Source: Octopus vulgaris (Eukaryota). From it: a stretch of DNA of 64,000 bases. Both the position numbers and the translations under genes were made by a program. The notes beneath the pieces are model-generated. The model made no database searches. It had not been told where the DNA came from and worked only from the letters and a program-made list of their open reading frames with translations. How positions within the stretch are numbered: position 1 is the stretch's first letter; each line of letters begins with the position of its first letter. Shown piece by piece: positions 52,869 through 64,000 of this stretch. Location of the stretch: positions 42,160,001-42,224,000 of the forward strand of contig OX597837.1 of NCBI GenBank assembly GCA_951406725.2, written 5' to 3'.

Positions 52869-53512
52869 TTTTACTCTTTTACTTGTTTCAGTCATTTGAC
52901 TGCGGCCATGTTGGAGCACCACCTTTAATCGAGCAACTCGACCCCGGGACTTATTCTTTGTAAGCCCAGTACTTATTCTATCGGTCTCTTTTGCCGAACT
53001 GCTAAGTGACGGGGACATAAACACACCAGCATCAGTTGTCAAGCAATGTTGGGGGGACTAACACAGACACACAGACACAGACATGCACACACATATATAT
53101 ATATATACATATATACGACGGGCTTCTTTTCAGTTTCCGTCAAACCAAATCCACTCACAAGGCTTTTGGTCGGTCCGAGGCTATAGTAGAAGACACTTGC
53201 CCAAGATGCCACACAGTGGGACTGAACCCGGAACCATGTGGTTGGTAAGCAAGCTACTTACCACACAGCCACTCCTGTGCCTATATATATATGTAGTTAG
53301 ATTATATATTATACATTTTATTGCATTTTGTGATGCATAGGCACAGGAGTGGCTGTGTGGTAAATAGCTTCTTGACCAACCACATGGTTCCGGGTTCAGT
53401 CCCACTGCGTGGCACCTAGGGCAAGTGTCTTCTACTATAGCCTCGGGCCGACCAAAGCCTTGTGAGTGGATTTGGTAGATGGAAACTGAAAGAAGCCCGT
53501 CGTATATATGTA

Positions 53513-53543
<31 letters not shown>

Positions 53544-53705
53544 GCGTGTGTGTTTATGTGTCTGTGTTTGTCCCACTAGCTTTGCTTGACAACCGATAGA
53601 ATAAGTACTGGGCTTACAAAAGAATAGGTCCCAGGGTCGAGTTGCTCGATTAAAGGCGGTGCTCCAGCATGGCCGCAGTCAAATGACTGAAACAAGTAAA
53701 AGAGA
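52869..53705. mobile_element. Head-to-head inverted pair of young SINE B copies (52869-53284 minus; 53337-53705 plus)
   Basis: ccacacagccactcctgtgcctat ...52 bp... ataggcacaggagtggctgtgtgg; the bodies are reverse-complementary over more than 300 bp. Confidence 0.9.
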
Positions 53706-54410
53706 GAAAAGAGAGATGTGATTTGATCCATGGAAAAAACTGTCTTGAAAGAAGCCAATCCAGTGTATAAAGGAGGTGAAGGACTGCTGTATTGAGATAT
53801 TAGAAGCCTTTGTGCTCCTTGTTTCCTTTAATAATAAGACCCTGTCTTGGCGATAGTGTTTAGCGATAATGTCAAGATTCAGAAAAATCTCCTGATATTA
53901 TTTTTAGAAGTGAGGCTCCCAAAAGTGAAAACACTTAAAAGAGATAGTATATGGTGGTGGTGATGGTGGTGGTGGTGGTGCCAGTTTGCAATGAATTATG
54001 GTCTGGTAGATATCAGATATGAAACACTAGAAATAGTAAAGTGCTATTGTGTATTGACAGTTGAGCGTCATGTGTTGGAATTTGTTAAGAGATTGAAATG
54101 TAGAGATAAATTAAATTAAATTAAATTGAATTTCAAAATAGTAGAAGTCAAAGAGAGGATATATATATCTTTCATCTTTTACTTGTTTCAGTCACTGGAG
54201 CATAGCCATACTGGAGCACCACCTTGAAGGGATTTAGTCAAATAAATCAACATCGGTACTTATTTATCATTAAGTCTGGTTCTTATCGTATTGGTTCCTT
54301 ATTCTATAGGATTTCTTTTGCTGAACTCCTAACCTATGGAGATGTAAGCTAACCAACACCAGAAGTCAAGCAGTGGTGGTGGTATATATATATATATACA
54401 CACACACTCT

Positions 54411-54491
54411 CTCTTTTTGAGGGTCAACAAGGCTGCCAATGGTTTCATGTAAAGAAAAACCACTGGTGGCCTTGTTAACTCATAAATAGAG
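54411..54491. other. ~35-bp stem-loop (pre-miRNA-shaped)
   Basis: ctctttttgagggtcaacaaggctgccaatggttt - 11-nt loop - aaaccactggtggccttgttaactcataaatagag pair without gaps (G-U allowed, 4 mismatches). Confidence 0.6.
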
Positions 54492-54771
54492 AATATTTAT
54501 CCGCCAATACAGTGTTGAGCATTCATTCTTACTATTCAATATTTGCGTATATATATATATATATGTGTGTGTGTGTGCAGAGAGAGAGAGGGGGAGGAAG
54601 AGAGGGAAGGAGGGGGCAGATACAAGATGATTAATAAATCCATGCTGGATCCTCAGTCAGCACTCTTGCAAATGCTGACCAACAGAGTGTATAGATGTTG
54701 ACAATTTTCTTGAAAGGAAACCATTCATGCAGATTGAGATTCGAAGTAGAATAGATTAGTTGCAGAGTATA

Positions 54772-54851
54772 ATATATTAAGCCCAAGAATGGAACTTTTG
54801 ATCTTACATCGATAAATGTAATAACAAAAATTCCATTCTTGGACTAATATA
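54772..54851 (-). other. ~37-bp stem-loop (pre-miRNA-shaped)
   Basis: atatattaagcccaagaatggaacttttgatcttacat - cgataa - atgtaataacaaaaattccattcttggactaatatat; two C-A mismatches become G-U pairs on the minus strand. Confidence 0.6.
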
Positions 54852-54990
54852 TATTAGTGTTGGGTGTGAACTGGTATACTTAAGCTCAAACATTCTGTAC
54901 TATTAATGTCCAACAAATTTATTTTCTCTTACACCAATGTCCACTAGGCACTTCATATTTTGTGAAATAATTACAAGGTAAAGTAAATAT

Positions 54991-55540
54991 AGGCATAGGA
55001 GTGGCTGTGTGGTAAGTAGCTTGCTTACCAACCACATGGTTCCAGGTTCAGTCCCACTGCATGGCACCTTGGGCAAGTGTCTTCTACTATAGCCTCGGGC
55101 CGACCAAAGCCTTGTGAGTGGATATGGTAGACAGAAACTGAAAGAAGCCTGTCGTGGCGTTAGGCGGAGTGGTTGGCTTTAGGAAGGGCATCCAGCTGTA
55201 GAAACACTGCCAGATCAGACTGGAGCCTGGTGCAGCCTCCTGGCTTCCCAGATCCCAGTTGAATCATCCAACCCCTGCTAGTATGGAAAATGGACGTTAA
55301 ACCATGATGATGATGATGTATGTGTGTGTATATGTTTGTATGTCTGTGTTTGTCCCCCCCAACATCGCTTGACAACCGATGCCAGTGTGTTTAAGTCCCT
55401 ATAACTTAGCAGTTCAGCAAAAGAGACCAATAGAATAAGTACTAGGCTTACAGAGAATAAGTCCTGGGGTCGATTTGCTCGACTAAAGGTGGTGCTCCAG
55501 CACAGCCACAGTCACATGACTGAAACAAGTCAAAGAGTAT
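54991..55540 (+). mobile_element. SINE B with a SINE C copy (55156-55318) inserted at its internal microsatellite
   Basis: B head, C 3' part with (ATG)n tail, then B tail. Confidence 0.85.
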
Positions 55541-56149
55541 GAGGTGTGGGGATGATGGTGGTAGTGGTGGTCAAGATAATCAAGTAAAACCCCTGCAGCC
55601 GGTGCCCAAGCATGGCCACAGTCATATAACTGAAAGCATTAAAAGAAGGAACAATTGTTTGATTTAGAACTGAAGTTGCAAATCAAGGAAACTGTTCGCT
55701 CCATAGAAATGTAAGATGAATAAGTAGGAGAGGGTAAAGCAAGATGGAGAGTAAGTGGAAGGAGATTTGGTGGGATTTAGCTGCATCCGAAAAGAAATTA
55801 AGGCTGACAGGATGAAATAGAAAGGTCAAAGGTGAACCAAAGAATGCAGCAGTTTAGTTTCGAAAATTGGGAATTACATATGAAATGATACAAGAGAAAG
55901 AGAGAGAGACAGTTGGATAAGGATGTGGATATTAGTTGTACAAAGCCATCCAGATCACGCTAGCATGGAGAAAGATGTACACTAAGATGATGATGAGGAT
56001 GATGATGATGATGATGGCGATGACTTTTGTATGTAATCCTCGTTGGATTGTATGGAAATAGAAACAAAAACTGTAATATGTATCGTAGGTAATTTCATTC
56101 CAACAAATTACTGACTGGGTTTTAAAAAGACACAAAAACAAAAGAAAAC

Positions 56150-56193
<44 letters not shown>

Positions 56194-56812
56194 TTGAGTG
56201 TGTATCTTCAACATGAAACAACCATCAACAACTATCTTATCGGTAACTAACGTGGCTCCTGAAAAGTTTCCTATAAAAATCTAAGAGGAAGAGGAAGAGG
56301 AACCAAAAAGTGGAGTAGTTGTGGAGTAGAGCGAGGGGTGATGGCGAGGGTGGAGCAGGAACGGCAGATACTGTGATATCAAAGCATCTGAACACTGCTG
56401 TTGATGCAATGAGGCATGTTGAAGCAGAATCAGAAAATGGTATAACATCAATAAAATGAAATTATCAATCAGTATGAAATGATGTAGCCATAACTGACAA
56501 ACAACTTTATTGGAAAATATGCAAACTCAAATAGGCTTGCACACAATGCAAATATCAGATATATTGAATAAAAATCTAACTCCCTCACACACACACACAC
56601 ATGTACACACACACATAGCCACATGCACATGTATGTAGGCTACATAATATGGTAGGCATAAGTTTCCACACAATACACATGCTTTCAGAAATAAATACAC
56701 ATGCTTTTAGAAATAAATCAGATATTATTATTATTATTATTATTATTATTAGTAGTAGTAGTAGTAGTAGTAGTAATTATTATTATTATTATTAGTAGTA
56801 GTAGTAGTAGTA

Positions 56813-56850
<38 letters not shown>

Positions 56851-57118
56851 CATCATCGTTATTACTATTTTATTTTAGTGCACCAATGGAGTAAAAATAA
56901 CTGTAAAAAACAAAACAAAAAAAGAAACAACAAAAATATTAAAAAAAAAACCCCAAAAAAACAAGCACTACGTTGTCTTGATAAAGAGAAATGGCTTAAT
57001 TTCAAATTTAAATTAGTAAAGCAAAAATTCTATTTTTTGCTCTTCCATCTGTAATATAGATATCGCTACTCGAATTTAGACGTTATTTATATTTACACTC
57101 GGATGCCTTTATTATTAC

Positions 57119-57164
<46 letters not shown>

Positions 57165-57480
57165 GTTTTTATTACAGTACACATATACTAAAATTGGGAT
57201 GATGCAGTGAACATTATTTCATATAATTAAAATAGGAATGATAAATCTCTGAAACAGATTTAAAATTTATTTTGCATCTTACTAACTTTATACATAAATC
57301 TGTACATTTGTATGTGAGCACATGTCTTGAAGTATTCAACACAGGTTATTTTAAGAGTACTTTTGTATGTGCATGGCAGTGTGTGTGTGTGTGTGGATTA
57401 GAAGTGTCGCTGGTAGAAGTAGAGAGGTATGAGGACTTGTGGATAGAAGCATGTTGTATCCTCTTTCTTACAGACACAAG

Positions 57481-58165
57481 CAGGGTTGTGTGTTAAGAAA
57501 TTGTTTTCTTAACCGCATGGTTCTGAGTTCAGTCCTACAGCATGACACTTTGAGCAAGTTTTTTTCTACTATAACTTCAGGCCAGCAGAAGCCTTGTGAG
57601 TGGATTTGGTACACGGTAACTGAAAGAAGCCTGTCGTATGTATGTATGTATGTATGTACATATGTATGTGTGTATGTATGTATGTGTGTGTGTGTATGTA
57701 TGTGTATGTATGTATGTATGTGTGTGTGTATGTATGTGTATGTATGTGTGTGTGTATGTATGTATGTATGTGTATGTATGTGTATGTATGTATGTGTGTG
57801 TGTATGTATATATGTGTATGTGTGTGTATGCGTGTATGTGTGTGTGCGTGTGTGTATGTGTGTGCATGTATGTATGTATGTGTGTATGTATGTCTGTATG
57901 TGTGTGTGTATATGTGTATGTGCGTATGCATGTGTGTATGTATGTATATATGTACGTACGTATGCATGTATGTATGTATCTATCTATCTATCTATATACG
58001 TATATTCATATGTGTATGTCTGCGTCTGTTTTCCCCACCACTGCTTGCCAACTGGTACTTAGCAGTTCGGTAAAAAAGACTGATAAAATAAATACCAGGC
58101 TACTAAAATCTCTTCAAGGTGGTGCCCCAGCATGACCACTGTCTGATGACGGAAACAAGTAAAAG
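57481..58165 (+). mobile_element. SINE B with ~380-bp expanded internal (TATG)/(TG) microsatellite
   Basis: B head to gaaagaagcctgtcg, microsatellite at 57638-58015, then B tail. Confidence 0.8.
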
Positions 58166-58783
58166 ACAGTCCATCACCATGGTTCCTCATTTATTCATCA
58201 GTTTTTCAATTCACTCAATTTAGAAGAGTGCAAGCATGGTGTGAGTGATGCCATTTCATAGCGTTTCACCCAATTTCTTTCAAACTGTCTTGGAATTAAG
58301 AAAAATCAGGAATGGCTTGACATGAGATTTAGTTAGATTAAGTCAAGTTTGTGCGTAGTAGTGATAACCTATAAAACTAGAACTACTTCCAGTATAAGTT
58401 GAGGCTCTTAAAAAATGTTAATCTACCAAAATTTTCTAATCAGAGATGAACAACAACATCGAAAAAAAAAAGGAAAAAAACAGAGGAAAAAAAAAAGGAA
58501 AGAGAAATAAATAGACACAGGTATGGCTGTGTGGTTAAGAAGCTTATTTTGCAACCACATGGCACCTTGAGCAAGTGTCTTCTGCTATAGCCCCGAGCTG
58601 ACCAATACCATGGGAGTGGATTTGGTTGGCAGAAACTTTGTGGAAGCCTGTTGTATTTGTGTGTGTGTGTGTGTGTCTGTGTATATATGTGTGTATACAC
58701 AAAACACACACACACATATATACATACATGTATATAAATATATATATTTGCTTGTGATGTGTACGTGTATCTGTGTATCTCCC

Positions 58784-58966
58784 GAGGTAATTTCTACTCT
58801 TCTCCTCTGGAAGCCATCTGCTCACGATACCAGAGGGCGCACACTCTCCTACCCTGATGTAATCTCCAGGGATACAGGCATCCGTAATGCTATGATAGAC
58901 CGTGAAGTCTGGCATAACACAGTAAATTCCAGTGTCTCGACCACGGTCGAACAATGATGAAAATGA
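58784..58966 (+). mobile_element. RTE-like LINE short 3' fragment nested in SINE B (58519-59160)
   Basis: EVISTLLLWKPSAHDTRGRTLSYPDVISRDTG...TTVEQ*; TSD tgtgtatYtccc. Confidence 0.88.
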
Positions 58967-59518
58967 TGTGTATTTCCCACCCACTTGACGACCAGTGTTG
59001 GTTTGTTTACATCTTTTAACTAAGTGGTTTCAGAAGAGAGACTGATGGAATTAAGTACGAGACTTTAAAAAAATAAGTACAGCTGTGACTTGTTCGACTA
59101 AAAGCCTTGATAGTGCCCCAGCATGGCAACAATCCAATGACTAAAACAGGTAAAAGGTAAAAATAAATTTGAACTGAGACAGGTGAAGACATTCAATGGT
59201 GTTTCACTAAAAGGAAGAAACACTGAGGAAATTTGTCAGTTCCCACCAAACTAAACAACACTATTCAGGACTGTCTGGCTCACCACACAAGTTGGGAGAA
59301 TGGACTTGATATAGGAAAAGTTGCTGTAAATACAATCTGCATTCCATAAATGAATGCCATTTGGCTTGGCTGAAATACCGCAAATCCTCAACAGGCTTCA
59401 CAAACCTCCCCCCCAAAAAAAAAAAAAAAGTACGCAAACAAAAACAGGTCATTTGCACAATAAACTTGTTGGCACCCTCCCTCGGTAACTTAACAGTGTG
59501 TTTGAGTGTGAGTGTGTG

Positions 59519-59544
<26 letters not shown>

Positions 59545-59553
<9 letters not shown>

Positions 59554-59925
59554 CTGAAGTTGTCTGTGTATGGCTGGTTTGGTAGTCTTCAACTAACACT
59601 ATCTCCTCTGAGACCCTGTGGTGCAAGTTGACCAAAATTGAGAGTATGATAGGAGAAAGCTTGCTCTTCATTCCGTAGAAGAAAAAATTCAAATCGGACC
59701 ATGTTAACACTCAAAATTATTTACATCAAAAAGGTGCTTTTTTTTCTATGAAAATCCCTATTTTTAACGATTTTTTGACTGCTATGTCACCATTTTTTGG
59801 TGTATTTCAACCAGAAAAATGTTCACTTAAACAGAATAACAAGCTACATAATTCAAAATTTTTACTTTTCAAAAATTCCAATTCTAAAGGGTCGAAACAA
59901 ACCCAAGCAACCCTGGGTAATATGC
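59545..59925 (+). mobile_element. Helitron-like non-autonomous element
   Basis: 5' (TA)n-tataaagctgaagttgtctgtg; 3' hairpin acccaagcaaccctgggt, shared with the element ending at 1528. Confidence 0.55.
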
Positions 59926-60403
59926 ATGGGCGACTGCTGGCCTTCCATAAACAACCTTGTCTGGACTTGAGCCTCGGAGGGTAACTTTCTAGGTGCAATC
60001 CCATGGTCAATCATGACCAAAAGGGGAGGGCTCCTCCTATGTATATACACATAGCAATCTACACACTTCTGCTGTTGTTAAAAATGTTTACTATGAGAGG
60101 ACTCTGTAGAGATTTTCCTGTATGCTTATTTATCTAATTTTTAAAAATCAAACTTTAAAAAAATAAAAAAGAATATGCAGCAGTAATTCAAAGCATCAAC
60201 CTATGGTCGTTGATAAGAGACTGTGCCAGTCAACTTTAAATTCTTGCAATGAAAAGAAATTCCTGCATTTTTCAGTTTTCGTATCATTTCATTCTCAAGT
60301 AGGAATTAGAAGCTTTACTTCCATACTTTTCCTTTTTTATATTTTCTTTGTGTGAATATATATATATATACGAATGTGTGTGTGTGTGTGTGTGCATGTT
60401 TAT

Positions 60404-60448
<45 letters not shown>

Positions 60449-61509
60449 CACATACATACAGGAGTAGTTGATAATGAAATTGTATGCAATTTTCAAGAGT
60501 ATAATTTAGTTTTTGTTTGGAATCTCGTGTCATGGGAAAAACTGATCCAATCAGAATTTTAATATTAAGCAAAGATCATTCTTCTCATATATATGCATGT
60601 GTGTGTGTGTGTGTGTGCTTGAGTACACACACACACACGTACACACACATGCGGGTATATTGCAGTGGAGTCAATGCCAGCAAAGGTGATGTTACCAATA
60701 GTGGTTATGGTGCTGATCATGATGACAGACAATATTGTTGGTTTTAGGATTATCTTATAAACAACACTTGAGATTCACTTCATTTGCCTATCTCTCTTCT
60801 CTTCTCTCTCTCTCTCCATATCTCTCTATTAATCAAATTACCATTCTACTTCTCCATTACTGAACACACACACACAAATCATGATGCACAGCACTATCCA
60901 GAAGCAAGCAATTGTACAAGGTCCTACGAATACATTAAATTTGAATGCTTTTTACGATAAGTTTCAATCTTCAGTCTCTAGCTCCTTACAAACTTTGTAG
61001 ACGAAAGATCTGGTAACTTTTAAAAATCGAGATATTTCTAAATCGCTATGCTCAGCCTTTATAAACACAATAACAGCATGCCGCTTCATTTGTTGAGTGA
61101 GCTGAGGGTCTGCCATTATTATTTTCTGAAACAAAGATTATACAGATTTAGCAAAAAATGCAGCAATGACCCTAAAAATGTATGTCCTCAAATACCTTAC
61201 ACACCCTGTATGTATACATATACATATATATATTACATTATTTTACTGAACCCTAATTACATAACGTAATGTTTTAAATATACCGTAAATGGTCTTTTTA
61301 CATACTGAACACTACTTGGTAAAATTAATAATTAATTAATTTTACCCTTTTATTATTGATAATATACATATATATATATATATATATTTAGCTGATATAT
61401 CATCATCGTTATATATATATATATATATATATAGGTACACACACAAACTTATGTATGTATGTGTGAATATATATCAATATTATAAAGAAAAATATTGGAA
61501 CATTCACAT

Positions 61510-61553
<44 letters not shown>

Positions 61554-62053
61554 TCTCACACATGTACACACACACACACACACACACAAAATCTGATTAA
61601 AGGAATATGCATAGTTCTGTCTGCATCAAAGCTGAGTTGCGCAAAACCAAGGTTAAAACGGCAACGCTTCCATTTTCAGATTGACATGTTCTCGTCAAAA
61701 GTTATATTGCCAAGAATAGTTAAAAGAAGGGCAGATATATTTTCACATATAAAATAAATATATGCTAAATATAAAACACTGATGCAACTGTTTGAAGCCT
61801 CAGCTCAGCGTTTACTTAGAGTTTCCAATTCTTCAGAACATTTGTCATGTGCTTGTTATAAAATTTAACTGTTCACTGTTGCTAATTCCAACATGCCTAT
61901 CAAATATTATTTCGCACGTGGAAACATCCTGGGAGAAACTGTGCAAAATTTTAGCTTTGGATAAATAAAAGAGAAGCACCTGAACGTAGATAATAGATAT
62001 AGATATATGCAAGAATGAGAGAGGGGAAAAGTATGTGTGTATATACTCTTTAC

Positions 62054-62264
62054 ACTTTTACTTGTTTCAGTCATTTGACTGCGGCCATGCTGGAGCACCG
62101 CCTTTAATCGAGCAACTCAACCCCGGGACTTATTCTTTTGTAAGCCCAGTACTTATTCTATCAGTCTCTTTTGCCGAACCGCTAAGTGACGGGGACATAA
62201 ACACACCAGCATTGGTTGTCAAGCAATGCTAGGAGGACAAACACAGACACACAAATATACACAC

Positions 62265-62295
<31 letters not shown>

Positions 62296-62458
62296 TACGA
62301 CGGGCTTCTTTCAGTTTCCATCTACCAAATCCACTCACAAGGCTTTGGTCGGCCCGAGGCTATAGTAGAAGACACTTGCCCAAGGTGCCACGCAGTGGGA
62401 CTGAACCCAGAACCATGTGGTTAGTAAACAAGCTACTTACCACACAGCAATTCCTGCG

Positions 62459-62462
<4 letters not shown>
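62054..62462 (-). mobile_element. SINE B full-length young copy
   Basis: Very similar to 52869-53284. Confidence 0.9.
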
Positions 62463-62498
<36 letters not shown>

Positions 62499-62589
62499 GA
62501 CAAAAACAGTGTATGCGTGTGTGTGTGTTTTATATCTGATCCAACCATTTTCATTGCCTACCACTCATGGGCGGGGGGTGGTGCAGGGA

Positions 62590-62820
62590 TGGAATCCTCC
62601 AAATCAGAAGCAATCATTGTTACACCTTCCTGTTGGATTACCATACTAAATCAACTGAGGCTATGGATATCATCCAACCACCCCATTCTCGGTCTACACC
62701 TAGGTCTCCTGCCAGTTGGCTTGGTTTGAAGAATCCATCTTGCGATCCCTTCCTGGGACATTCTAGCCACAGACCTCTAAAGGCAGAGATATAGCAGCTT
62801 AATCTGGAGAGACTCCCTAA
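62590..62820 (-). mobile_element. RTE-clade LINE 3' fragment (third family)
   Basis: VARMSQEGIARWILQTKPTGRRPRCRPRMGWLDDIHSLS, equivalent to the RTE G.RPRGRPR.RW.D motif. Confidence 0.75.
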
Positions 62821-63199
62821 TCTCCAAGCTACACACCCTGGAAGAACCTCATTTTGGCCCCTTGTAACCCAGGTCCCACATCCAGGCCCAACCCATCGCT
62901 ATTTGCTTGGTACATTTGTGAAAATCGCCAGCAAGTCTAGACTATGATTAGTGTTCTTTTTATTATAATTATTATCGTTATTATTACTAACATTCTTTCA
63001 AACATTTGGTGTCCAATTTCAGATAAATTTTAATTCTTTCTCCTGCAAACATCAATTTTTCACTTCAAGCAATCATATTTAAAATGAAAATTTTTCACTT
63101 TTCTATAAATATAACTTTCCACACACATACACACTTTCAGAGCTATTTAGAATTTGGACAATTATCTGAAATGTTGTAAGAAGCAACAATGGAATCATT

Positions 63200-63690
63200 T
63201 CATAAAAATTTCAGTAGAGTATAAACAAACAATTAGAGATTTCCGTCACATCCACTTTTGGAAAGCCTTGGAAAGAATTTAAAGAGTATTAAGAGCTTTT
63301 TAACAGAATGCAAAACAGTTTTGCTTTGGAAGAAACTGTCTGACAAATTCTACAGCACAGCAAAATTTTGAGGCAGCTGCTACATGAATCAAGAATTGAC
63401 CATCTATATTTCAATTTTGCAAATACTTTTGGCAAAGTTGGACATAGAATCTTATTGAAAAAGCTGGCATAACAAGAAGGTTGCGCATTTGGGTTTTTGG
63501 TTTTTCTGAAGGTCTAAAGCCAAACAGAGGGTGGTCAATGGAGTCCTATATGAAAAATCTGTGGTTGTCAGTGGAGCATCACAAGGATCCATTCTAGATG
63601 TACTTTTGTTCCGTATAACGTTGCTAGACATAGACAAAACTATATAATTGGTTATACTCAGAGGCTACATAGATGATGCAAAAGATCATG
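63200..63690 (+). pseudogene. Decayed CR1/L2-type reverse transcriptase
   Basis: Ordered RT motifs: RNCLTN; IDHLYFNFANTFGKVGHRILLKKL (D.IYLDF.KAFDKV.H..LL.KL); QRVVNG...VVSGASQGSILDVLLF (SGVPQGSILGPLLF); GYIDDAK (YADD). Confidence 0.85.
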
Positions 63691-64000
63691 AAAATTGATA
63701 TTTATGCCCTGCAACAAAATCTGCCCACTGTATTACCACTGGGTGAATGAGAACAACATATTAATCAAAGTAACAAAATTCCAGCCCTCTGTTACCAAAG
63801 CAGATGCATGTCTTACAAATCCACAGGACGCTCTATTCATAATCAGTGTCACAAAACATTGTGTTTGGGGGATGATGATGATGATATATATATATATATA
63901 ATTATATTCTTTTATTCTTTTACTGGTTTAAGTCAATTTTGACTGTGGCCATGTCGGAGCACCACATTTAGTAAAGCAAATCAACCCTAAGAGTTATTCT

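Overview
AT-rich eukaryotic DNA, most likely intronic or intergenic, saturated with (TA)n/(CA)n/(ATC)n/(AAT)n microsatellites and short transposable elements. The SINE and microsatellite make-up strongly resembles an Octopus (coleoid cephalopod) genome; this is an inference from pattern recognition, not a database match. No intact protein-coding gene, rRNA, true tRNA or CRISPR array is supportable, and almost all listed ORFs are translated microsatellites or SINEs. Recognisable content: at least five SINE families (many with target-site duplications, TSDs), truncated RTE- and CR1-clade LINE fragments, a decayed CR1-type reverse transcriptase, a Tc1/mariner transposase relic, piggyBac-, hAT- and MULE/Merlin-like MITEs, and two Helitron-like elements. 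The most interesting signals are RNA-structural. (i) Three minimal hammerhead-ribozyme cores of the Penelope/retrozyme type (3661, 13839, 44207). (ii) Two ~80-nt pre-miRNA-shaped hairpins 280 bp apart (54411-54851). (iii) A 167-bp near-perfect foldback (44720-45067) plus closely spaced inverted SINE/MITE pairs that would be ADAR substrates. (iv) A TSD-bounded chimeric SINE (25849-26447) carrying ~180 bp that match the flank of another SINE insertion 11.8 kb away. A few candidate small exons on the minus strand hint at a host gene but cannot be confirmed.
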